Source: Gemmatimonadota bacterium
GTDB lineage: Bacteria > Latescibacterota > UBA2968 > UBA8231
DNA: 64,000 nucleotides
Assembly (NCBI GenBank): GCA_009841115.1
Contig: VXML01000109.1
Coordinates: 38,911-102,910, forward strand
Reading direction: 5' to 3'
Shown: positions 56,443-64,000 of the stretch, piece by piece
Position numbering within the stretch: position 1 is the stretch's first letter
How the letters are laid out: each line of letters opens with the position of its first letter
Made by a program: the position numbers and the translations under genes
Notes under the pieces: model-generated
Told to the model about the DNA's origin: nothing
What the model saw: the letters and a program-made list of their open reading frames with translations, nothing else
The model's database searches: none

Positions 56443-56477
56443 CCCCCTAGTCCGCGTGGACGGACTAGGGGGTTTTT
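56443..56477. terminator. Bidirectional rho-independent terminator between convergent genes
   Basis: CCCCCTAGTCCG (56443-56454) pairs with CGGACTAGGGGG (56461-56472) around a 6-nt loop. TTTTT lies downstream and AAAA upstream. Confidence 0.85.
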
Positions 56478-56489
56478 GTTGCGACCCTA

Positions 56490-57311
56490 TCACTGCCAAC
56501 GCGCTATATATTCGCCCATCTGCTGCTGCAATTCCACATTGTCGCGTTTAGCGGCTCCGCGCTCGACAATCCGCGCCTTGCGCAACAGCATAGCGCGCGC
56601 AGCCGCAGCGCGATCCGCTGCGAGTTGCAGTTCCGCACGCAGTAGCTTGTCAAGTGCGTACACGCGGAAGCGATCCATCGCGTAGTGCGCCTGCGACAGT
56701 TGATCGGCGTGGCCGCCGTATTTGCGGATGAGTTTCTCCGCTAAATAGACCACCTCATAGCGACAAGTAATCCGCAGCCAAAGTTCGTAGTCCTCACAGG
56801 CGGGTAGGCATTCGTCAAACATACCAACGTCCGCAAAGACCTGGCGGTGAATTGCAATCGACGAAGGCGACATAACACACAAGGGCAAAGCCTGAAAGAA
56901 AATGTCGCCGCCGTATTTCTGATGGTGTTTGTGGGGATTAACTCGCACGCCATTGCGGATCCAGATCTCGTCAGTGTGGCAGATCAACAATCCGCTCTCG
57001 CGCAGGGCCGCTGCTTGGCATGCGAGTTTGTTGGGCAACCACTCGTCGTCCGAATCGAGCAAGGCGATCCACTCGCCTGCGGCGGCCGCGATCCCGCGAT
57101 TGCGCGCGGCGGAGACCCCGCTGTTTGCTGCCAAACTCACTATTTTGACTGCGTCGCCAAATTCCTCGCGCACTTGCTCGGACGTGCCATCGTCAGAGGC
57201 GTCATCCACCACAATCACCTCAAAGTCCACTCCCTGCTGCGCCAGTACCGAACGAATCGCGCGGCCGACTAATGCGCGGCGATTGTACACGGGAATGACA
57301 ACCGAGAACAC
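56490..57311 (-). CDS. Family 2 glycosyltransferase
   Basis: FSVVIPVYNRRALVGRAIRSVLAQQGVDFEVIVVDDASDDGT and a later DSDDEW (DxD-like) motif. Confidence 0.85.
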   Translation of the reverse strand: MFSVVIPVYNRRALVGRAIRSVLAQQGVDFEVIVVDDASDDGTSEQVREEFGDAVKIVSLAANSGVSAARNRGIAAAAGEWIALLDSDDEWLPNKLACQAAALRESGLLICHTDEIWIRNGVRVNPHKHHQKYGGDIFFQALPLCVMSPSSIAIHRQVFADVGMFDECLPACEDYELWLRITCRYEVVYLAEKLIRKYGGHADQLSQAHYAMDRFRVYALDKLLRAELQLAADRAAAARAMLLRKARIVERGAAKRDNVELQQQMGEYIARWQ

Positions 57312-57318
57312 GGCGGCC

Positions 57319-59445
57319 TCAGTTACCGCTAGCGAGCGCAGCGGCCGCGTCTAGTTTTTCGATGACCATTTCTGGCGTAATAACCTCGGGCAACACCAGC
57401 GGCTGGTCGATAAGACCGGCGGGAAAAATCACGTACAGGGGCACCCCTGAGCGCCCAAAGGCGCGCAAGAGCTGGGTGATCTCGGGATTGCGATTGGTCC
57501 AGTCAGCTTTGACTAGAGCCACATTGTGCGCGGAGAATCGCTCGCGTACCACTTGCTGCGCCAACACTGCCCGCTCGTTGACCTTACACGTCCAGCACCA
57601 CTCGGCAGTAAAGTCGATAAAGACCATCTGCCCGTCCGCGACCAACTCCTCAACGTGCGCGGCGCTAAACGGCTGCCAGTCTAGCTCAGATGTGGTGGTC
57701 TGCTCGGATAGAGTCTGCTCGGCGGCCAACAGCGGATGGACAAAAATCACATAGCTGCCCAAAACCAGAATCAGCGCCACCGCTCGGGCCAGCAGTTTTG
57801 CGGGATTGGGATGCAGGAAGCTACCCCATTGACCCCAGACCCAGCAGGCCAGACCCAGCCCCAGCAAAAAGGCCCCCGTCCACACCACGCCTTCGACGCC
57901 GACCTGATTGCCTAGGACCCACAATAACCACAGCACCGTCGCCATCAGCAAAAAGCCCATTAGCTGCTTGAAGCGCACCATCCAAGGGCCGGGTTTGGGC
58001 AAGCGCACCATCCACGCCGGCTTGATCGCCAGCACCACATACGGCAGCGCCATACCCGCGCCAATCGCCAAAAAAACTGCGATGACGACGCCGGCCGGCT
58101 GGGCAAAGGCAAACCCCAGCGCGGTCCCCAAAAAGGGCGCGGTGCAAGGAGTGGCTAGAATCGTCGCCAGCACGCCGTTGAGAAAGGATCCCGTCAACCC
58201 CTCGCGTCCTTCTAACCCCCCCAAGTTACTAGTCCCCGGAAGCAGAATTTCATAGACGCCGAATAAACTTAAGGCCAATGCAAAAACCAAGGCGCTCATC
58301 GCCACCACAAAACCCGGGTACTGAAACTGAAAACCCCAGCCGATCTGCTCGCCGCTGCTTTTGACCAAGAGCACCGCTAGCGCCAGCACCAAAAAAGTAG
58401 CCACAATCCCGGCGCAAAACGCCCACCCTAGTTGCTGCACCCGCTTGGTTTCCTCGCCGGCTTGATTGACAAAGCCGAGCACCTTGAGCGAGATGACCGG
58501 CAACACGCAGGGCATCAAGTTGAGAATCAACCCACCCAACGCCGCAAAGGCGATATAGACCCACAGCGACCGGACGACCTCCCCGCTAGCCGCGCGGTAA
58601 TCCTTCTCCAAGATTCCCCCTCCTTGGCGCGGCGCAGCGCGCAAATCCAACGCCAGCGTCCCGGCCTGCACCTCGCCATCTAATCCATAGACAAGCACTC
58701 CGCGCAACGTATCGACTGCGGCGTCGCCGTAGGGTTCGACAGACAGCACGAGGTGATCGGCGGCTAGCCGCCGAGTGGAAAGCGCAAAATCGTCGGCTGC
58801 TAGCGGATAAAAGTCGGGTGCCTGTTCGCCCTGCTCAAAAGCCTTTCCCTCGAAGGCAAGGCGCACGTCAACCTCCACAGCCCCCTCGCCCCGCACGGCG
58901 AGTTCTACCGCAACGCGCTCGTCCAACGCGCCCGGCACCTGCGCTGCATAGCGGTCAAATTGCGCCTGCTGGGCACTCGGCTTGCTGACGGCAGCGACCG
59001 GCAGCGCCAACGCCAACGACGCCTCGCCGGGGATGCACAACTCGCGGCACACTAGCCAAGAGACCTCGGCTGCAAGATGCAGTGTATCCCCCGCTGCCAA
59101 CGCCTGCGGCGCAGTAGCCTCGGCGATGAGCAGCACTTCGTCGGCATACCCATAGACCACCAGTTCCCCCTGTTCCTCGAATTTGTTGGGCAAGGGCCAT
59201 TGCAGCGGCCCTGCCACAACACCGGCAGGTAGCTGCCATTCGACTTCGATGGGCAAGCCGGCGTCGCCGCTAAAAATCCAGTAGGTGTGCCATTTCTCCT
59301 CCATTGTCAGTTCGACCCCCAGCCGGAAAGACTGGCCGGGCACCACGGCATCTACATCGGCCAAAAATTTGGCCTGTACCGGGTGATCGGCGGCATAGAG
59401 CCGCCCGCAGAGGACTAAGGTGAGAAGTAGGATGAGATTGTACAT
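57319..59445 (-). CDS. dsbD: DsbD-like thiol:disulfide interchange protein (N-domain, CcdA-type membrane core, C-terminal thioredoxin)
   Basis: Membrane-core motif LMPCVLPVISLK, a second TPCTAP, and C-terminal DFTAEWCWTCK (CxxC thioredoxin). Confidence 0.85.
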   Translation of the reverse strand: MYNLILLLTLVLCGRLYAADHPVQAKFLADVDAVVPGQSFRLGVELTMEEKWHTYWIFSGDAGLPIEVEWQLPAGVVAGPLQWPLPNKFEEQGELVVYGYADEVLLIAEATAPQALAAGDTLHLAAEVSWLVCRELCIPGEASLALALPVAAVSKPSAQQAQFDRYAAQVPGALDERVAVELAVRGEGAVEVDVRLAFEGKAFEQGEQAPDFYPLAADDFALSTRRLAADHLVLSVEPYGDAAVDTLRGVLVYGLDGEVQAGTLALDLRAAPRQGGGILEKDYRAASGEVVRSLWVYIAFAALGGLILNLMPCVLPVISLKVLGFVNQAGEETKRVQQLGWAFCAGIVATFLVLALAVLLVKSSGEQIGWGFQFQYPGFVVAMSALVFALALSLFGVYEILLPGTSNLGGLEGREGLTGSFLNGVLATILATPCTAPFLGTALGFAFAQPAGVVIAVFLAIGAGMALPYVVLAIKPAWMVRLPKPGPWMVRFKQLMGFLLMATVLWLLWVLGNQVGVEGVVWTGAFLLGLGLACWVWGQWGSFLHPNPAKLLARAVALILVLGSYVIFVHPLLAAEQTLSEQTTTSELDWQPFSAAHVEELVADGQMVFIDFTAEWCWTCKVNERAVLAQQVVRERFSAHNVALVKADWTNRNPEITQLLRAFGRSGVPLYVIFPAGLIDQPLVLPEVITPEMVIEKLDAAAALASGN

Positions 59446-59533
59446 GGGAGCCTCGAAGGAGAGATAAGGGGACGTTGAGGTGGATGGGTTCGTTGCAGGT
59501 ACAACGCCTAGCCCCTAGCGCCAGTGCCCTACA

Positions 59534-60139
59534 TCACCCACCCAGCACGGCTTGGTGGAGTTGCTCCACGTCGATTAAGCGGCAACCGAAGCTAGCGGCA
59601 AAATCCACGAGCTGCTGGCCCTTGGCCATGGTGCCATCCGCGGTCATCACCTCGGACATGACAGCCGCCGGAAAAAGACCGGCTTGGCGAGCTAGCTCTA
59701 CTGCGCCTTCGGTGTGTCCTTGGCGGCTGAGCAACCCCTCCGGGCGAGCTGCCAAGGGAAATACGTGCCCGGGAATGACAATGTCCGCCGGGCCAGTGTC
59801 TGGATCGAGAGCGCGCTGAATGGACGTGGCGCGGTCGGCAGCCGAAACGCCGGTTTCAATCCCCTCGCGCGCGTCAAAGGGCAGGCCGAAACGCGGGGTC
59901 GTCCAATCGGCATTGTGTGGTTCAATCAGTCCGACGCCGAGCCGCGCCAGATGGGTCTCGGTCGTGGCCAAGTGCAGCAGACCGCGCGCCTCTTGCAGCA
60001 TCCGATTTATCTTGGCAGTGGAAACGCGCTCAGCCGCTAAGATCAAGTCGCCTTCGTCTTCGCGTTCCTGCGCATCGACTAAGACCAAAAACTTCCCGGC
60101 GCGAAAATCCGCGATCGCTTCATCTAGCTGACAAAACAT
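59534..60139 (-). CDS. ribB: 3,4-dihydroxy-2-butanone-4-phosphate synthase (stand-alone)
   Basis: FLVLVDAQEREDEGDLILAAE, GLLHLA, GHTEGAVELARQAG. 201 aa with no GTP cyclohydrolase II domain. Confidence 0.9.
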   Translation of the reverse strand: MFCQLDEAIADFRAGKFLVLVDAQEREDEGDLILAAERVSTAKINRMLQEARGLLHLATTETHLARLGVGLIEPHNADWTTPRFGLPFDAREGIETGVSAADRATSIQRALDPDTGPADIVIPGHVFPLAARPEGLLSRQGHTEGAVELARQAGLFPAAVMSEVMTADGTMAKGQQLVDFAASFGCRLIDVEQLHQAVLGG

Positions 60140-61300
60140 TTATTGCACCTGGTGCGCCATAAGCACCGCTTCGTCGAGTTCAATCCCCAAGCCGGGCGCG
60201 TCCGGTACCCGAATGTGGCCGTCTATTATGGTTTCTGTCGGACGCACTAACTCACCGCGCCAATCCACCTCGCCAAACGCGTATTCAAGTACCGTAAAAT
60301 TGGCAACCGTCGCCGCCAAATGCACCCCAGCCATCGTCGATACCGGACCAGCCGGGCTGTGGGGCGCAATCGGCATCTGCGCTATTTCGGCCAGCGCGGC
60401 AATGCGCCGACATTCGGTAATGCCGCCAGCGTGTTTGACATCCGGCATCAGCACATCCACTGCTCCTTGGGCGATGTAGGGCCAAAAACCTTCGCGACCG
60501 ACGAGCGCCTCGCCACCGGCAATGGTCTGGCCCGAGTGCAGCCGCAACTGGCGCAACTCATCGACTTGGTCGCGCGGCACCGGCTCTTCAAACCAGTAAA
60601 GATTGAGCGGCCGCACCTTTTCGGCCACCTTAAAGGCCAAGGCCAAGTCAAAGCGCTGATGGCAATCCACCAACAGTTCGATTTCGTCGCCAATGGCCTC
60701 CCGCGTCGCCACCAGCCGCGCGATCCCTTTATCCGCGTCGCGCTCGACTCCACCGCGGTCCATCCGCCGCCAATGCACCTCGTCAAAGGGCGTACTCTTG
60801 ACGGCACCAAAGCCGGCATCGACCGCTCGGCGCGCCGCATCGGCAAACCCCTGTGGACTGCGGTCGCGGGTGCCGCGATTGAGATTGGCGTACAAGCGCA
60901 CAGAATCGCGCCGCTTGCCTCCCAGCAAGCGCCAAGCCGGCACCCCGAGCGCCTTGCCAGCCAAATCCCATAGCGCTTGGTCAACCGCACTCCGCGCCGT
61001 GGCTCCGACGCGACCAGTGTCACCCGAGAAAATCGCCGATCCCCGCGCCATTCGCTCCCACAACACCTCTACTTGGGTCGGGTCCGCACCCTCCAATCGC
61101 GGGCCCAATTGCTCCAGCGCAGCCGCGACCAAGCCGTCGTTGCCGCTCTGGCTCGCTTCGCCCAGCCCGCTCAGCCCGGCGTCAGTGTGAAGTTGGACGA
61201 AGATCCAATTGCCTCGGTGCGACGCCGCCACCGAATGTAATTCCAAATGAGTAATTTTCACCTGGTCTCTCCAGCGTAAAACTGCTTTCTCAGAAAACAT
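60140..61300 (-). CDS. Enolase-superfamily enzyme (mandelate racemase/muconate lactonizing family; possibly a sugar-acid dehydratase)
   Basis: KITHLELHSV...NWIFVQLHTDAGLSGLGEAS capping domain; barrel acidic residues in LLVDCHQ, WFEEP, MPDVKHAGG. Confidence 0.8.
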   Translation of the reverse strand: MFSEKAVLRWRDQVKITHLELHSVAASHRGNWIFVQLHTDAGLSGLGEASQSGNDGLVAAALEQLGPRLEGADPTQVEVLWERMARGSAIFSGDTGRVGATARSAVDQALWDLAGKALGVPAWRLLGGKRRDSVRLYANLNRGTRDRSPQGFADAARRAVDAGFGAVKSTPFDEVHWRRMDRGGVERDADKGIARLVATREAIGDEIELLVDCHQRFDLALAFKVAEKVRPLNLYWFEEPVPRDQVDELRQLRLHSGQTIAGGEALVGREGFWPYIAQGAVDVLMPDVKHAGGITECRRIAALAEIAQMPIAPHSPAGPVSTMAGVHLAATVANFTVLEYAFGEVDWRGELVRPTETIIDGHIRVPDAPGLGIELDEAVLMAHQVQ

Positions 61301-61400
61301 AAAGAAGAGACGGCCTAGCCGCTACGCGCGAAGGGGTTCGCGCGGTTCAACTAAGTCGTTATGTTCTTGGTTCGCTCCCTCTTTCCCCGGAGGTGAAAGC

Positions 61401-63650
61401 ATGGATCTCTTCGACGCCGGACTGCGAGACCGCCAAGCCGCGGACCAACCCCTAGCCGCTCGTCTGCGTCCGCGCAATTTAGACGAATACGTCGGCCAAG
61501 ACCACATACTCGGGCCGGGTCGCCTGCTGCGGCGCGCCATTGAGGCCGACCAACTCTCCTCGCTGATTTTCTACGGTCCACCCGGCACGGGCAAAACCAC
61601 GCTCGCCGCGGTCATCGCCCACACCACCAGCTCCCATTTTATCTCTATCAACGCCGTCTTAGCCGGAGTCGCCGACATTCGTCAAGCCGTCGATGAAGCC
61701 GGCCAGTTGCGCAAGCTGCACAACCGCAAAACCATCCTCTTCATCGACGAGGTCCACCGCTTCAATAAAGCCCAGCAAGACGCGCTCCTTCCCTGGGTTG
61801 AAAACGGCACCATCATCCTCATCGGCGCAACCACCGAAAATCCCTACTTCTCGGTCAATCGCCCCCTGCTCTCGCGCAGCCGGGTTTTCCAGCTACAGGG
61901 CCTTAGCTCCGAAGCCCTCGCGCACGTCGCCCAACAGGCGCTCACCGACTCGCGCGGCTATGGCCATCTCCGCGTCGCCCTACACCCCGACGCCCTCGCC
62001 CACCTAATCGACGTAGCCAACGGCGACGCCCGCGCCCTGCTCAACGCCTTGGAGCTAGCGGTCGAAACCACCGATCCAGACACCCAAGGGCAGATTGCCA
62101 TCGACCTAGCGGTAGCTGAGGAGTCCATCCAGCGGCGTGCCTTGCTCTACGACAAGGAGGGCGACTACCACTTCGACGCCATCAGCGCCTTTATCAAATC
62201 CATGCGCGGCTCAGACCCAGACGCTACTCTCTACTGGCTGGCGCGAATGGTGTACGCCGGCGAAGACCCACGCTTCCTCTTCCGCCGCATGCTCATCTTC
62301 GCCAGCGAGGACGTCGGCCTTGCCGACGAGCGCGCGCTCCAAGTAGTAATCGCCGCGGCTGAATCCTTCGACCGCATCGGCCTACCCGAAGGGCGCTTTC
62401 CGCTAGCTCACGCCGCCTTGTACTTGGCCACCGCGCCCAAGAGCAATTCGACTATGGCCTTCTTCGACGCGCTAGAGGTTGTGGAAAAAGAGCGCGAAGG
62501 CGAGGTGCCCAATCACCTCAAGGACGCCAGCCGCGACAGCGAGGGCTTTGGCCACGGCGCGGGTTATCTCTACCCCCACGCCTACCGCGAACACTGGGTT
62601 GCCCAGCAGTATCTGCCCACCGGTCTGCAGGGCCGCGTCTTCTATCAGCCCTCGGACCAAGGCCAGGAAAAAGACCTCGGCGACCGCGTCCGCCAACGCC
62701 GCGAACTACAGCTCGCCGCCATGCGCGAAGCAGAGTCTGCACCGACCGAGATACTGTCCCTGTCCCCGCCTGACCAAGCGCGCGACCAATGGCTCAAACG
62801 CGCCAGCGGCGACGTTAGCGCCGAACTAGAACGCACGCGCCAACGCCTCTTCGCTCCGCTTGCGCTCGCGCGCCACCATCTCGTCCTCGACTTGGAGGCC
62901 GGCACCGGGCTACTCACTTGGGAAGCCCTGCGGCGCGTGCCCGAAGGCGGCGTCTGGGCGCATACCAGCGACAAGATCGCGGCTGTGGCCCTGCACGAAA
63001 CCGCCGCCCACCTAGCCGAGATCGAGCGACCCCAAGTACTGCAAGGCCCGCTTGCCACCCTCGCCGACCAACTCGCCGACCACAACCCCGACATCCTCTT
63101 TGACGCCATCGTCGGGCGCAACGCCCTCGGCGCGCTAGCGCACAAGGAAGAAGTCATCGCAGCCCTCTATCGCTACCTCGCCTTACAAGGCCACGTCAGC
63201 TTGGTCGAGACCCTCTCGCACCGGTCGCAGCGCTTGTACCAGTTGCTCGACGTACAGCAACTCGGAGACCTAGGCGAGCGTCTCGTCGCCGCCGAAGAGG
63301 CTATCTACGCCGCGCCCGACAACCCGCGAGTCAACTGGGATGTGGCGGATCTCGAACAAATGTTCGCGGCCGCGGGCTTTGGCGCGATGCAAGTGCGGGT
63401 GGAAGAAGTCCAGTCGCAGCGGCACATTGAGCCGCGCCATCTCGCGCACTGGTTCAATCCCGGCGGCGAGAAGCGGCACACGTACGCCCACCATCTGACC
63501 CAGCATCTCGACGAAGGTGAATTGCGGCAGGTGCGCAGGTTCTTTGAGCAGAACTTAGCCAACCATACGGTGACTTGGACGACGCCTCAGGTATTCGTCG
63601 TAGCCGAAGGGCGACAAGGGAACGATGCAGATGCAGCACCCAAGAATTGA
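61401..63650 (+). CDS. rarA: RarA/MgsA recombination-associated AAA+ ATPase fused to a C-terminal class I SAM-methyltransferase-like domain
   Basis: [27 protein letters not shown]...[30 protein letters not shown], MgsA C-domain ([19 protein letters not shown]). An extra roughly 300 aa then follows, with [16 protein letters not shown] (motif I-like) and [10 protein letters not shown]. Confidence 0.8.
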   Translation: MDLFDAGLRDRQAADQPLAARLRPRNLDEYVGQDHILGPGRLLRRAIEADQLSSLIFYGPPGTGKTTLAAVIAHTTSSHFISINAVLAGVADIRQAVDEAGQLRKLHNRKTILFIDEVHRFNKAQQDALLPWVENGTIILIGATTENPYFSVNRPLLSRSRVFQLQGLSSEALAHVAQQALTDSRGYGHLRVALHPDALAHLIDVANGDARALLNALELAVETTDPDTQGQIAIDLAVAEESIQRRALLYDKEGDYHFDAISAFIKSMRGSDPDATLYWLARMVYAGEDPRFLFRRMLIFASEDVGLADERALQVVIAAAESFDRIGLPEGRFPLAHAALYLATAPKSNSTMAFFDALEVVEKEREGEVPNHLKDASRDSEGFGHGAGYLYPHAYREHWVAQQYLPTGLQGRVFYQPSDQGQEKDLGDRVRQRRELQLAAMREAESAPTEILSLSPPDQARDQWLKRASGDVSAELERTRQRLFAPLALARHHLVLDLEAGTGLLTWEALRRVPEGGVWAHTSDKIAAVALHETAAHLAEIERPQVLQGPLATLADQLADHNPDILFDAIVGRNALGALAHKEEVIAALYRYLALQGHVSLVETLSHRSQRLYQLLDVQQLGDLGERLVAAEEAIYAAPDNPRVNWDVADLEQMFAAAGFGAMQVRVEEVQSQRHIEPRHLAHWFNPGGEKRHTYAHHLTQHLDEGELRQVRRFFEQNLANHTVTWTTPQVFVVAEGRQGNDADAAPKN

Positions 63651-63710
63651 TTTATAGTGCCTCACGGCTTACCTTATCCGCATTTCGCCACCTCTAACCC
63701 GCCATAGACT

Positions 63711-64000
63711 ATGATCGCCAAGCGCCTAACCTGCCTGCTACTATTGAGTCTCAGCGCCTGTAGCACCACTGAAGAGCAGGTCGTCGAACTCCTAGAACAG
63801 ATGGCCGCCAATCCGATCGATTCGCCGGCTTATCAGCAATCCATCGACGACTTGGCTGCCATTGGTCGGCCAGCCGCCCGCCAGCTCATCGCCCGCCTCA
63901 ATCCCGACTTATACCTCGGCGAGAACTACCGCGAGTTCCGCGATGAACAAGAAAAGCTCCGCATCGGCTGCGCCCTAGCGCTAGGCCACATCAAGCCGCG
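63711..64000 (+). CDS. Putative lipoprotein, 5' part only (runs off the window)
   Basis: The ATG at 63711 gives MIAKRLTCLLLLSLSACSTTEEQ (lipobox LSAC). The frame is open to the window end. Not in the ORF track. Confidence 0.55.
   Translation, partial: MIAKRLTCLLLLSLSACSTTEEQVVELLEQMAANPIDSPAYQQSIDDLAAIGRPAARQLIARLNPDLYLGENYREFRDEQEKLRIGCALALGHIKP

Noticed and set aside
1-64000. tRNA, rRNA, tmRNA or riboswitch genes in intergenic gaps
   Set aside because: Visual inspection of all gaps over 80 bp (4328-4513, 13713-13868, 17856-17976, 22794-22967, 25801-26085, 40803-40910, 55703-55990, 59446-59533, 61301-61400, 63651-63710) showed no cloverleaf-like or known conserved RNA motifs. A covariance-model scan would be needed to be certain.

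Overview
GC-rich bacterial chromosomal segment (composition judged by eye, not computed) with about 60 protein-coding genes. I recognise no rRNA, tRNA, CRISPR array, transposase or integrase. A SusC/SusD pair and two kinds of T9SS-style C-terminal sorting domains suggest an FCB-superphylum-like organism (Bacteroidota relative or candidate phylum); this is inference only. Housekeeping content: galU, a ferredoxin-type sulfite/nitrite reductase with a 7Fe ferredoxin, 2-oxoacid dehydrogenase E1 alpha/beta, uvrB, dnaK, AddAB-type helicase-nuclease, pgi, gnd, a DsbD-like protein, ribB and rarA. There are four accessory pockets. (i) 1-4315: a two-gene operon for large secreted proteins; one of them is missing from the ORF track because it runs off the window edge. 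(ii) 13.9-22.1 kb: a surface-protein island with three leucine-rich-repeat (LRR) paralogs and a VIT-vWA-T9SS protein, interrupted by an AAA+/PD-(D/E)xK-like ATPase plus VapBC. (iii) 22.2-22.8 kb: a Phd/VapC pair. (iv) 32.3-40.8 kb: the most unusual part, twelve tightly packed co-directional genes. Here a type III-like restriction (res) gene and its methylase (mod) are separated by HicBA, MNT/HepT and a previously unlisted pair of sub-60-aa genes, then followed by a PIN module and orphan antitoxin-like genes. A small protein family (DPIVxEVRxxRD) occurs twice in this block with different partners. Other oddities are a RarA-methyltransferase fusion, a CinA/PncC-like plus NadD-like fusion, an AT-rich target-recognition segment inside mod, and a sigma54-type motif upstream of dnaK. 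All functional calls come from motif recognition by eye in the translated ORFs; no database search was run.
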